A program made the position numbers and the translations under genes. This document shows, one piece after another, positions 1-9,566 of a DNA stretch of 64,000 bases. Location of the stretch: positions 5,796 to 69,795 of the forward strand of contig NZWE01000008.1 in assembly GCA_002697535.1 (NCBI GenBank), in the 5' to 3' direction. Numbering within the stretch: position 1 is the first letter of the stretch; every line of letters starts with the position of its first letter. This DNA comes from Actinomycetota bacterium (GTDB taxonomy: Bacteria; Margulisbacteria; Marinamargulisbacteria; GCA-2716485; GCA-002719695). The notes beneath the pieces are model-generated. The model made no database searches, was not told the DNA's origin, and worked only from the letters and a program-made list of their open reading frames with translations.

Positions 1-264
1 CTTGATAGTGTCATGCTCTTTTCTACCTGGGAAGTTGAACAACATAAATTGTTACATAAATTATTATCTCAAAAGAAATTACTGATCATTCAACACTGCA
101 TTTCTAACTGCGAGGATCCTCAGGGTGTTACTAAAGCTTATATTGAATCTTTGTATGGAGCCAGCTTAAGCTCATTTAAACAGGATCTATCCTCATTAAT
201 TGGGATTGAATCTATTTCATTATCAGCGTTATCAGTGGTAATTAACAAATTAACATTACTATAA
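1..264 (+). CDS. 3' end of a CDS entering from upstream of the window (hypothetical, C-terminal fragment)
   Basis: Frame 1 is open from base 1 (LDSV precedes the Met at 13) to the TAA at 262-264. No recognisable motif. Confidence 0.3.
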   Translation, partial: LDSVMLFSTWEVEQHKLLHKLLSQKKLLIIQHCISNCEDPQGVTKAYIESLYGASLSSFKQDLSSLIGIESISLSALSVVINKLTLL

Positions 265-478
265 AACTATAACGATACGCATTGCTCCTGACCAACTATC
301 TAAATTAGTAGAAGTGTAATCCAGTGTAACTGGATGTCGACAACCGTTCTCCATACTTTCTTCACTATATCTACCTCTTTTTCTATGTGCACATTTGCTG
401 TCATTCACTTTATAGATTGATCTGGCCTATCTTTGATTTCTAATTTTGTGTTCGGTTTTTTATAATATCTTTGTATGA

Positions 479-631
479 TTAGTTTTTAGAAATAAACTCA
501 TTCATATCTTTTAAGGCTTCTTTGGCTATTTCGGTCTTATTTTTTATAGCAGATGCACGAACAAAGAAGACACCTTCTAAAATGATGATATCATTTGATG
601 ATTCTAATTTATCTTCTTTACTAGATTGCAT
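479..631 (-). CDS. small hypothetical protein (50 aa), absent from the ORF track
   Basis: My own translation gives MQSSKEDKLESSNDIIILEGVFFVRASAIKNKTEIAKEALKDMNEFISKN. The ATG at 631-629 is preceded by TAAGGAG with about 6 nt spacing, and the ORF lies in otherwise unassigned intergenic DNA. No family recognised. Confidence 0.35.
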   Translation of the reverse strand: MQSSKEDKLESSNDIIILEGVFFVRASAIKNKTEIAKEALKDMNEFISKN

Positions 632-693
632 CTTGCAACTCCTTACTATAAAACTGTATAGTTATTGATTGTCTTATTAAAAAAGTACCGAAA

Positions 694-1593
694 ATGAGCC
701 ATTTTAAAACATTGAATTTTTTTGATATAAATTTCGACAAACCAATAATTTATATTATTGGACCTACGGCAATTGGCAAATCTGAACTTGCGTTATCGCT
801 TGCTCAACACCTTAAAACTGAGATTATTTCGGCTGATTCATATCAAGTTTATCAAGGTATGGATATTGGCACTGCAAAAGTATCTAAGAATGACCGCTTA
901 TTAGTACCTCATCACCTTATTGATACCCACTTACCAGATCAACCTTATAATGTTACTGATTTTTTACGCTATTGTAATGACTACCTTCAATCCAATAAAC
1001 AAGTCATTATATGTGGGGGAAATGGCTTATTCTTACGATCATTTCTCTATCGTTATGAATTTCCTAAAGCAAAAAGTGACCCTAATATACGTCAATCGCT
1101 TATGCATGATTATGATAAAGGCCTTAAGCAATCCTTATGGGACAAGCTACATTCCGCTGATCCTAAAGCAGCGGCTAATATCCATATTAATAACAAACAT
1201 CAATTAATTAGAGCTTTAGAAATTTATCATATTACTCAACAACCTCCATCTTCTATTAAGCTCCAAAATGCTACCCCTCGCGATGATGTTACCGTTTTAG
1301 GTTTAACATGTGATAGAAATGTGGTAACTCAACGTATAGATGAACGAGTTGATATTATGATTAATAATGGTCTTATTGATGAAGTTAAACACTTACTTGA
1401 TGTTGGTTATACACCAAGTCTTCCTGCACTCAACTGTATTGGATATAAAGAAACCATTCAGTATTTACATGGTAGTATTACTCGAGATGAAATGATAAGA
1501 TTAATTAAAATTCATACTCATCAATTCTCAAAACGTCAAATGACATGGTTTAAAAAAATAGATAATGTTTTCTGGAATGTTTCATCTAAATAA
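694..1593 (+). CDS. miaA: tRNA dimethylallyltransferase
   Basis: P-loop GPTAIGKS, then ISADSYQVYQGMDIGTAK and a C-terminal KRQMTWF. Length of 299 aa is typical of MiaA. Confidence 0.9.
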   Translation: MSHFKTLNFFDINFDKPIIYIIGPTAIGKSELALSLAQHLKTEIISADSYQVYQGMDIGTAKVSKNDRLLVPHHLIDTHLPDQPYNVTDFLRYCNDYLQSNKQVIICGGNGLFLRSFLYRYEFPKAKSDPNIRQSLMHDYDKGLKQSLWDKLHSADPKAAANIHINNKHQLIRALEIYHITQQPPSSIKLQNATPRDDVTVLGLTCDRNVVTQRIDERVDIMINNGLIDEVKHLLDVGYTPSLPALNCIGYKETIQYLHGSITRDEMIRLIKIHTHQFSKRQMTWFKKIDNVFWNVSSK

Positions 1594-3685
1594 AGATCAA
1601 TTAAAGCAATATATAATATATGCTGTCTTAGCATTGGCAGTGCTTATCAACACGGCTATTATCTACAGTCCTTTTATCCCCAAAAATATTAATTTAGAAG
1701 TCAATGATACAGCACTTAGCACCATTACCGCTCCTCGTTATATAGAATTTGAATCTCGCCAAGATAAAATAGCAAATAAAAAAACCCAAAATCATATTAA
1801 AAACACCATCCCTCCCGTTTATTCAATTAATCAAACGATTAATAGCGCTATCATTGAAAATATAGCTTTATTTTTTGATGATATTGCATCTAACCCTATG
1901 GATAAATTAAGTATCTATATTTCTCAAATTTTATCATCAGAGGATACATTTTATTTAAAATCCATTTCCAATGATATGTTTCAGCAATTAAAAAGTGATA
2001 CTCTTTCTATAACAAACACCTTATTATCTAGCGGAATTAAAGAAATTAATCATGCCGTTGTCAAAACATCTGTTTCTGAATCATTGCAATCTTACGATCC
2101 TAATCTACAAAATATTGCTTATCATATTATTACGCATTACTTACAACCTAATCTTACTATTGATCAAGAGCAAACCAATCTTATTATTAAACAAGCATTA
2201 TCATCTCAAATAAAACAAACATCCATTTATAAAAAAGGACAACCGATTATTTATCAAGGAGAGCGTATAAATGGAGCTCAAATTGAAGTCTTTAAAGCAC
2301 TGAATATGTACCATAGCAAAGCTAGTTATATTGAACTTTTTGGTATCTTTATTTTTACCCTAATTGGCATTCTTATACTGGATCGATTTATTTATTATTT
2401 TTATAAACGAGCTTACTTTCTAAAATATATCTGCTTAAGTTTATTGGTTTTAACCCTTCTCGTTTTAATTGGGCGTTTAAGCTTACTTCCTACTTATCTT
2501 CCTTCTGATGTACTTATTTATCTACTTATCCCCATATCTATCTCTTCTATGCTATTAACCTTTCTTGTTTCATCTAATATTGCTCTAATTACAGGAACTT
2601 TAATTAGTATTTTTATTAGTCTTTTATTTAATATGAGTTTTGACGTCTTTATATTTTTATTTCTTAGTACTTGTTTTACGACCTTTACCGTTTTAAAAGC
2701 CTATAAACGATCTGACTTAATTTTATCTGGATACTTCATTGGCGCATTTAATATTTTTTGTATAATTGGGATTGGCCTTCTATCTAAAGAAACCAGTTAT
2801 TCTTGGTATGGTATTAATGCTCTTTTTGCCTTTGGAAATGGTGTTTTCTCAGCAATGGTTACGCTTGCAATTTTACCTTATTTTGAACTTTTATTTAAAA
2901 TTACAACGAACCAAACATTACTTGAACTTGCTAATTTAAATCATCCTTTACTAAAACGCCTGATGATGGATGCCCCTGGTACCTATCAACATAGCTTGAT
3001 GGTTGCTAATCTTTCGGAAGCAGCAGCCGAATCTATTGGTGCTAATAATATTTTGTGTCGTGTTGGTAGTTATTTTCATGATATTGGTAAATTAAAACGA
3101 CCTGTGTTTTTTTCTGAAAATCAATTTTCAGAAGATAATCCTCATGAAACAATAGCTCCTCGTATTAGTAAAATGATTATTCTATCTCACGTTAAAGAAG
3201 GTGCTGATTTAGCTATTAAACATAAACTGCCTACTGTACTTAAAGATCTTATTGAACAACATCATGGCACCTCATTGTTGTCGGTATTTTATACTCAAGC
3301 TATATCAAAAGAAGGTCAAGTCCCTACAACTGATGATGAATTTAGATATTCAGGGCCAAAACCACAAACCAAAGAAGCAGGCATTCTTATGTTGGCTGAT
3401 TCTGTAGAAGCGGCTACTCGTTCTATTGAAAAAATAACACCTCAAAAAATCGAAAATATGATTAACAAAATTTTTAAAGATAAAATGGATGATTTACAAC
3501 TATCTGAATGCCCTCTTAGTTTAAATGAAATTTTTACGATTAAATCTAGCTTTTTATATTTATTTAGAGGCATTCAACATAATCGAGTTGATTATGTTAA
3601 AGAAGTCGAAAAACTTAATTCTCAAGATAATTCTCAAAAAAATTCTGATGATGATATTACATCTACTGACATTAAAAAATCATAA
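1565..3685 (+). CDS. pgpH: 7TM-HD membrane phosphohydrolase (PgpH/YqfF-type, cyclic-di-AMP phosphodiesterase family)
   Basis: Large extracellular N-terminal region, then about 7 hydrophobic helices, then an HD domain (GTYQHSLMVANL, YFHDIGK, EQHHGT). Sits upstream of ybeY as in the yqfF-ybeY-dgkA arrangement. Confidence 0.85.
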   Translation: MFSGMFHLNKDQLKQYIIYAVLALAVLINTAIIYSPFIPKNINLEVNDTALSTITAPRYIEFESRQDKIANKKTQNHIKNTIPPVYSINQTINSAIIENIALFFDDIASNPMDKLSIYISQILSSEDTFYLKSISNDMFQQLKSDTLSITNTLLSSGIKEINHAVVKTSVSESLQSYDPNLQNIAYHIITHYLQPNLTIDQEQTNLIIKQALSSQIKQTSIYKKGQPIIYQGERINGAQIEVFKALNMYHSKASYIELFGIFIFTLIGILILDRFIYYFYKRAYFLKYICLSLLVLTLLVLIGRLSLLPTYLPSDVLIYLLIPISISSMLLTFLVSSNIALITGTLISIFISLLFNMSFDVFIFLFLSTCFTTFTVLKAYKRSDLILSGYFIGAFNIFCIIGIGLLSKETSYSWYGINALFAFGNGVFSAMVTLAILPYFELLFKITTNQTLLELANLNHPLLKRLMMDAPGTYQHSLMVANLSEAAAESIGANNILCRVGSYFHDIGKLKRPVFFSENQFSEDNPHETIAPRISKMIILSHVKEGADLAIKHKLPTVLKDLIEQHHGTSLLSVFYTQAISKEGQVPTTDDEFRYSGPKPQTKEAGILMLADSVEAATRSIEKITPQKIENMINKIFKDKMDDLQLSECPLSLNEIFTIKSSFLYLFRGIQHNRVDYVKEVEKLNSQDNSQKNSDDDITSTDIKKS

Positions 3686-4107
3686 TGGCTGTTTCCTATT
3701 CTGTTCATTACCAAACACCTTTTTCTCATACCTTTAATGCCGATTTATTTATTAAGACAGCATTTAACTTAAAACATATCTGTGACGGTTCTATAGAATT
3801 TACTTTTGTTGATGATGACTTTATGGTTTCACTTCATAAATCTTACTTAAATGATACATCTAAAACAGATATTATGACGTTTAATTTAAACTCATTAATC
3901 AATCCTATTGGAGACATTTATATTTGTATTAACGAAGCTGAACGTAATTCACATCAATATCACACATCATTAGATTATGAAATTCAATTTCTTATCTTAC
4001 ATGGCATTTTACATCTTATTGGCTATACCGATGAAACTGATTTTGAAAAAAACTATATGCTTGATGAACAAAATCGTTTATTAAATCTTATCCACCCCCT
4101 CATTTAA
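3685..4107 (+). CDS. ybeY: endoribonuclease YbeY (rRNA maturation)
   Basis: Zinc motif HGILHLIGYTDE near the C-terminus. 140 aa. The start overlaps the pgpH stop. Confidence 0.9.
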   Translation: MAVSYSVHYQTPFSHTFNADLFIKTAFNLKHICDGSIEFTFVDDDFMVSLHKSYLNDTSKTDIMTFNLNSLINPIGDIYICINEAERNSHQYHTSLDYEIQFLILHGILHLIGYTDETDFEKNYMLDEQNRLLNLIHPLI

Positions 4108-4110
4108 GTT

Positions 4111-4497
4111 ATGAAACTTCATTCTTTTTTATACTCACTTAAGATGGCTATTAATGGATTGCGAACAGCCTTACATAGAGAAAATAACTTTCAAATTCAG
4201 GTTATGATAATGATTACTGTTCTATTACTTAGCTTTCTTCTGTCTTTGTCTATTATTGAATGGTGTATTATACTTTTTTGTATTGGAATGGTATTATGTA
4301 TTGAATTAATGAATACATCAATTGAATATTTAGCTAATCTATATAATTCTCATTATGATTTAAGAATAAAACGAATTAAGGATATATCTGCTGCTAGTGT
4401 CTTATTGGTTAGTCTTATTTCAGGTATTATAGGAGGGCTTATTCTAATCCCAAAATGTTTAAACTTTGCTAAAAGTTGGAAGGTTCTACTATATTGA
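4111..4497 (+). CDS. dgkA: diacylglycerol/undecaprenol kinase family membrane protein
   Basis: 128 aa with three hydrophobic helices. Motifs RENNFQIQ, NTSIEYLANL and IKDISAASVL resemble DgkA. Positioned after ybeY. Confidence 0.75.
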   Translation: MKLHSFLYSLKMAINGLRTALHRENNFQIQVMIMITVLLLSFLLSLSIIEWCIILFCIGMVLCIELMNTSIEYLANLYNSHYDLRIKRIKDISAASVLLVSLISGIIGGLILIPKCLNFAKSWKVLLY

Positions 4498-5780
4498 TTG
4501 ATATACTTTTTGTTAAAACCATAATATTTGTACTTTTTATTTTCTTGTCAGCCTTTTTTTCTGCTGCAGAAACAGCCTTTACTGCTATCAATAGAATTAA
4601 ACTTCGTTCAATAATCCAAGCACAAAAAAAACAAGCACATCATATTGAATTTTTACTTCAACATCCTAAAAAACTATTAACGGCTATCCTGATTGGCAAT
4701 AATCTTGCCAACATTGCAGCAACTACTTTTGCTACTGCCTTTTTTATTGACCTATTACGTTCTATCGGGTTTACCAATATAGCAGCCATGCTAGGTATTA
4801 TTACTGTTTTAGTCACCTTTATTTTATTAGTTTTTGGAGAAATCACCCCTAAAACACTAGCTATGAAAAACCCGTCTAAGTGGGCCTTTAATATTTCCTC
4901 TATTATTTATTATATCTATTTTATCGAATATCCATTTATTTGGCTGTTTTACTCTATTACCAAATTACTTAGTTCTATTTTTGGGATTCAAACTACGGGT
5001 TCATCTCAACTTTCTGAAGAAGAAATTAAACTCCTTATTCAACTAGGCCAAGAAGAAGGCATTTTAGAAAAAGAAGAACAAAAAATGCTTCATGGTGTTA
5101 TTAATGTTTTTGATAAGGTTGTTCGAGAAATTATGACACCTCGTACTGATATGATCTGTTTAGAACGATCGAGTTCCATTGCCGAAGCTATTGATATTAT
5201 CCGCTCAAAGGGGCATTCTAGAATCCCTATTTATGAAGAAAAAATTGATAATATTATTGGGTTTGTTTACGCAAAGGATCTTCTTTATGCCAATCATTCT
5301 AATCAAGCTAATCTACTTCATAATTTTATGAGAGAAGCTGTCTTTATTCCTGAAACAAAACAAATTCAATCTTTATTACAACAAATGCGTAAAAAAAAGT
5401 TTCATTTATCAATTGTTGTTGATGAACACGGTGGTGTTGCTGGACTTGTTACAATGGAAGATATTATTGAAGAAATTGTTGGAGAAATACAAGATGAATA
5501 TGATAATGAAAAACTATCTATTAAAAAATTAACATCATCTCGTTATATCATTGATGCCGCTGTTCGTATTGAAGAACTTTCTGAAACATTAGGATATCAA
5601 TTTCCAGAAGATGAAGATTATGATACGGTTGCTGGTTTTATTCTTGCTCAAATTGGATCTTTTCCTAAAAAAAATGATAAAATTTCTTATAAACATTTTG
5701 ATTTTATTGTAAGAGACATTAAGAATAGACGTATCATTGCTTTTGATGTCATTATTCATAAAGAAAAATCTAGTTCGTAA
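4476..5780 (+). CDS. CNNM/DUF21-CBS-CorC_HlyC family transporter-associated protein (TlyC/CorC-like)
   Basis: N-terminal DUF21 helices (FFSAAETAF, GEITPK), a CBS pair (VREIMTPR, HSRIPIY) and a C-terminal CorC domain (DEHGGVAGLVTMEDIIEEIVGEI). The start is probably TTG, so the exact position is uncertain. Confidence 0.85.
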   Translation: MEGSTILIDILFVKTIIFVLFIFLSAFFSAAETAFTAINRIKLRSIIQAQKKQAHHIEFLLQHPKKLLTAILIGNNLANIAATTFATAFFIDLLRSIGFTNIAAMLGIITVLVTFILLVFGEITPKTLAMKNPSKWAFNISSIIYYIYFIEYPFIWLFYSITKLLSSIFGIQTTGSSQLSEEEIKLLIQLGQEEGILEKEEQKMLHGVINVFDKVVREIMTPRTDMICLERSSSIAEAIDIIRSKGHSRIPIYEEKIDNIIGFVYAKDLLYANHSNQANLLHNFMREAVFIPETKQIQSLLQQMRKKKFHLSIVVDEHGGVAGLVTMEDIIEEIVGEIQDEYDNEKLSIKKLTSSRYIIDAAVRIEELSETLGYQFPEDEDYDTVAGFILAQIGSFPKKNDKISYKHFDFIVRDIKNRRIIAFDVIIHKEKSSS

Positions 5781-5821
5781 ACCGTTGCTCAATTAGGTCT
5801 TAACATTGTATCCTTTACCAC

Positions 5822-8146
5822 ATGAAGGATTCGTCTAAATTAAATTTATCATTATCACGTTTTTTAAAAAAACAGTATCCTGATAGCTTTAAATTTAATC
5901 AAATGATTGTCCAAAAAGGAATTGCTAATGCTTCTATTATTTCTGAACATATGTACCGATCATGGCCTTTTTGGATTTCAAAACAATTAAAACCTGATCA
6001 AACTCCTCATATCAGTGATACGAACCTACTAGGTCTTATCAATACAAAACATAGAAACTGGACCTATATCAGTAGCCCTAACTCTGATAATGCCGCCATT
6101 ATAGATCCTGCTGGACTCATTTATGTAAAAGGAAAATCATACTCAATAGATTTTTGGATTAGTAACTCTAATTCACTTTTTATCCCTTCTCATAAAGATG
6201 ATATTCGCCAGCAATATATCCCAGAATCAAATAGCGTTTTAACATCATTTTCTTTGTCTCAACTTGATATAGAATCTCATGTTATGTTTAACCAATTGCC
6301 CAGTAATCTTGATTTTGTATTTTGCAACTATAAACTTACAAATAATACCAAGAAAAACATTAAATTTTCTTTTTATATCGCTATTCGTCCTTTTGATTTT
6401 GAAGGTGTCACTGATATTCAATCGATACAATACCTACAAGATGGTATTTTTATGGTTGATAAACAATTAGGAATCGTTTTAGATAAACAACCCGATAATA
6501 TTGTTTGCCTGGCTCATCACGAAGGTGATGTTAGTGAGCATTTTAATAAATTAGAAATGATTTTTAATGCCTCTTGCCCACTTAAAAAGGTGTCTGCGTT
6601 TGCTGAATATCGTCTAGTCATTGCGCCTAACAAAGATATCTCTTTAACATTTAAAATTCCGTGTATGACACGTCTCTTTCCTCAACTAAAAATACCTTTT
6701 TTAAATCAACAATCACCTTCAGATTTAGTTCAAAAAACATATCAATCGTTTACATTTGATAAATCACTTAAAGAATTATCATTTTATAACTCTGATTTAC
6801 GTAATCAAGATATGTCATTTTCATTTCCGGATGCTCACTTAACACAATTTATTCATTCTCAATTTTCATTTTTAATTTCCTCTCTTCATACGAACTCCTT
6901 TAAACATGGTTATTATCAAGAATTAAATCATTGTCCATTTGATCACCTTTTCTTTATGAATTCACTTTATCTTGCAGGATACAAACCATCCTTATATTCT
7001 CATATTTTTTCAGTAAAATATCTTAATAAGGTTTATTCACATTTAAAATCTAAACAACTTTCTTTTACTGACTGCTCTTCTTGGTTTGAAAATTTATTAG
7101 GCTTATTCAATAGTAATGTTATTACTATTACTCATGATATGTATAAAGTATTATTTAAAATTATCATGCTGGGCTTAAATCAATTTAAATTTTATGATGA
7201 TCTTGAATTTAAAACGCTGCCTGCTCGCTCTAGCTCTAAGCATCCACCCTCTTTTTTCTTATCTGATGTTATAGGGTTATTTGGTTGCTTACATTTTTTC
7301 AAACTACTATCTCAAAAATTACCTTATGGGAATTTAGACATTATTAATAACGCTAATTTAAATCATTATAGTGCCTTATTAGAGGATTCTATCGAAACGT
7401 TTTGCAGTGCTGTTTCTAGTAAAATTGCTTTAAATAATGTTGTTCCTGTTTCTTCTACCCAATATATTTCCTTAGATTTAATTAAAACACTTTCTTTATA
7501 TGTTACATTTTTTCCAAACAAAAATAACTATATCAAAAATACAATTTTAAATATTCAAAAGCATTTAGCTTATAACCAATTAATCTTTTCCATGATTAAC
7601 CCTTCTGGATTTCCATTATCTTACAATTTAGATTATATACAATTACTGATTAAACTAGATCCTAAAAATGTATTTAATATCATCACTAAGCTTTTATCCT
7701 ACGCAACCTCTACCTTTACATTTCCAGATACTATCCATCCAATTACAAAAGGTGGGAGTGAAGGTGATGGCCATACTATCAAACATGGTGTTTTACTTAC
7801 GCAGTATATCTTTGATACGATTCTTTCTCAAAATGATAAAAACCTTATCTTGTTTCCTGCAATACCAGCTGAATGGTTAGCTAACCATTCTTGGCATATT
7901 AATAACTATAAAATAGGTAAAGAAACTATATCCTTATCTATTAAACAATCCCCTACTGAAACAACACTTGATATTACGTTTTCAAACAAAAAATTATTTA
8001 GTTTTTTTATAATTCATACCCATTCTCACTATAAGTCTTTTATACTTAATGATACTGAAATTGCTATCAAATCTCCTACGATTAAAATACCTGGATCTGA
8101 AACATGTATCCGTCTCATTAAACATGATGTCAAATCAACCTTCTAG
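5822..8146 (+). CDS. hypothetical protein, 774 aa
   Basis: A long uninterrupted ORF in AT-rich DNA, in an operon-like position between corC-like and rlmD-like genes. No motif I can name. Confidence 0.6.
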   Translation: MKDSSKLNLSLSRFLKKQYPDSFKFNQMIVQKGIANASIISEHMYRSWPFWISKQLKPDQTPHISDTNLLGLINTKHRNWTYISSPNSDNAAIIDPAGLIYVKGKSYSIDFWISNSNSLFIPSHKDDIRQQYIPESNSVLTSFSLSQLDIESHVMFNQLPSNLDFVFCNYKLTNNTKKNIKFSFYIAIRPFDFEGVTDIQSIQYLQDGIFMVDKQLGIVLDKQPDNIVCLAHHEGDVSEHFNKLEMIFNASCPLKKVSAFAEYRLVIAPNKDISLTFKIPCMTRLFPQLKIPFLNQQSPSDLVQKTYQSFTFDKSLKELSFYNSDLRNQDMSFSFPDAHLTQFIHSQFSFLISSLHTNSFKHGYYQELNHCPFDHLFFMNSLYLAGYKPSLYSHIFSVKYLNKVYSHLKSKQLSFTDCSSWFENLLGLFNSNVITITHDMYKVLFKIIMLGLNQFKFYDDLEFKTLPARSSSKHPPSFFLSDVIGLFGCLHFFKLLSQKLPYGNLDIINNANLNHYSALLEDSIETFCSAVSSKIALNNVVPVSSTQYISLDLIKTLSLYVTFFPNKNNYIKNTILNIQKHLAYNQLIFSMINPSGFPLSYNLDYIQLLIKLDPKNVFNIITKLLSYATSTFTFPDTIHPITKGGSEGDGHTIKHGVLLTQYIFDTILSQNDKNLILFPAIPAEWLANHSWHINNYKIGKETISLSIKQSPTETTLDITFSNKKLFSFFIIHTHSHYKSFILNDTEIAIKSPTIKIPGSETCIRLIKHDVKSTF

Positions 8147-9470
8147 TGAATCAATAGAAGTTACCAAGCTTGTCAATGGCGGTTATGGGTTAGCTTATTA
8201 TCATAAAAGACCATTGTTTATTCCTAAAACTGTTCCGGGTGATCATGTCCAGGTTTTGTTAACTCGCAAAAAAAAATATTACTCGTTTGCAAAAGTTATT
8301 CGTTATATAAAAAAATCTCCTTTAAGACAACTCGATACATGTATCCACTCTAATGAATGTGGTGGATGCCAATTTCAAGATATTGACTATTCAAACCAAC
8401 TTAATCTAAAACAAGATTGTCTTCATGACACAATTACGCATGATGCCCCATTTTTATTACCTTATTTAAAGCCAATTATTCCTTGTAAAACAACTCATTA
8501 TCATCGAAATAAAATGGAATTTGCTTTTTATCAATCGGAAAGCTTAGAGCTAGGGCTTAAAGAACAACTAAACCCTACTTCGGTTATTCCTGTTTCACAA
8601 TGTCTCTTAATGTCAGAAACCTCTAATGATATTCTTAACTTTACACGAAACTTCTTTGAAAAATCTAAATTAAGTGTTTGGAATTCTCGCAAACAAATGG
8701 GCTGCTTAAGTCACTTAATGATTAGGCATTCAAAAGCATTTGATACTTACATGGTTAATATTTTAGCAAGTTCCTATGAACCCTTATTTTCTGATTATGC
8801 ACTTTCTTTAAGTCAACAATTTCCTCAGATAAAATCTATTAATTTGTTAAAATTCATACAAAAGAAAGGTATTCCATCCTCTACATCTTGCCATCACTTA
8901 CATGGTGATTCCTTCATTTTTGAAACTATTAATAATCTTACCTTCCGTATTTCTCCACTATCTTTTTTTCAAACAAACAGTCTTCAAGTTGGAACCTTAT
9001 ATGACATTATTAAGGATTCATGTTCTTTAGAACCCGGCCAAACGCTACTGGATTTATATTGTGGAACCGGCACAATTGGTCAATATGTTAGTCAAGGTAA
9101 GTATAACTTAATAGGGATCGATGAAATCTCTGAAGCGATTGAGGATGCAAAAGAAAATGCTCGTTTTAATAATATTGATAATACTACCTACTTTTCTGGT
9201 AGAGTGAAAAATATCTTAAAGTTTAACTCGTTCTCTCCTGATTGTGTTATTATCGATCCTCCCCGATCTGGGATGGTTCCAAAGGCACTTAAGCGTGTTT
9301 GTGAACTTAATTGCAAGCAATTAGTTTATGTTTCTTGTAACCCAGTTAGCCTTGTACGCGATCTTAAATTGCTAAGAGACTATGGGTATCATGTTACTAA
9401 TTTTACTCCTGTTGATATGTTCCCTCATACTTATCATCTTGAATGTGTGGTTTCTCTTACACTAAATTAA
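8124..9470 (+). CDS. rlmD: 23S rRNA (uracil-C5)-methyltransferase, RlmD/RumA family
   Basis: N-terminal TRAM-like domain, Fe-S cysteine cluster CIHSNECGGCQFQ, SAM motif LDLYCGTGTIG, DPPRSG and a C-terminal YVSCNP. I moved the start to the ATG at 8124 (MMSNQ), because the track's 8049 start lies deep inside the upstream gene. Confidence 0.85.
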   Translation: MMSNQPSSESIEVTKLVNGGYGLAYYHKRPLFIPKTVPGDHVQVLLTRKKKYYSFAKVIRYIKKSPLRQLDTCIHSNECGGCQFQDIDYSNQLNLKQDCLHDTITHDAPFLLPYLKPIIPCKTTHYHRNKMEFAFYQSESLELGLKEQLNPTSVIPVSQCLLMSETSNDILNFTRNFFEKSKLSVWNSRKQMGCLSHLMIRHSKAFDTYMVNILASSYEPLFSDYALSLSQQFPQIKSINLLKFIQKKGIPSSTSCHHLHGDSFIFETINNLTFRISPLSFFQTNSLQVGTLYDIIKDSCSLEPGQTLLDLYCGTGTIGQYVSQGKYNLIGIDEISEAIEDAKENARFNNIDNTTYFSGRVKNILKFNSFSPDCVIIDPPRSGMVPKALKRVCELNCKQLVYVSCNPVSLVRDLKLLRDYGYHVTNFTPVDMFPHTYHLECVVSLTLN

Positions 9471-9566
9471 AAATTCTTTACCCATATATATGCAGGATTA
9501 TGCTTATAAATCTATCGCGTATTTACTTGAACATGATAGATAAACTAAGTTACACTGAATTGACGT

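Noticed and set aside
319-335. 7-bp stem-loop ATCCAGT-gta-ACTGGAT, considered as a terminator or part of an RNA gene
   Set aside because: No U-tract follows, and I found no flanking conserved RNA motifs (tRNA, SRP, tmRNA or RNase P signatures). It is too small to call.
920-1207. Overlapping alternative-frame ORFs within plus-strand genes: 920..1207, 3525..3737, 6279..6470, 7668..7880, 10497..10694, 11437..11658, 27529..27714, 31129..31371, 35555..35815, 36194..36379 and 36620..36898
   Set aside because: Each is nested in a longer ORF that has recognisable family motifs or much greater length. Their I/L/F/K/N-rich low-complexity translations are typical of off-frame AT-rich DNA.
4658-6430. 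Minus-strand ORFs 4658..4846, 5589..5792 and 6245..6430
   Set aside because: Antisense to the well-supported CorC-like gene and to the 774-aa ORF. No supporting features.
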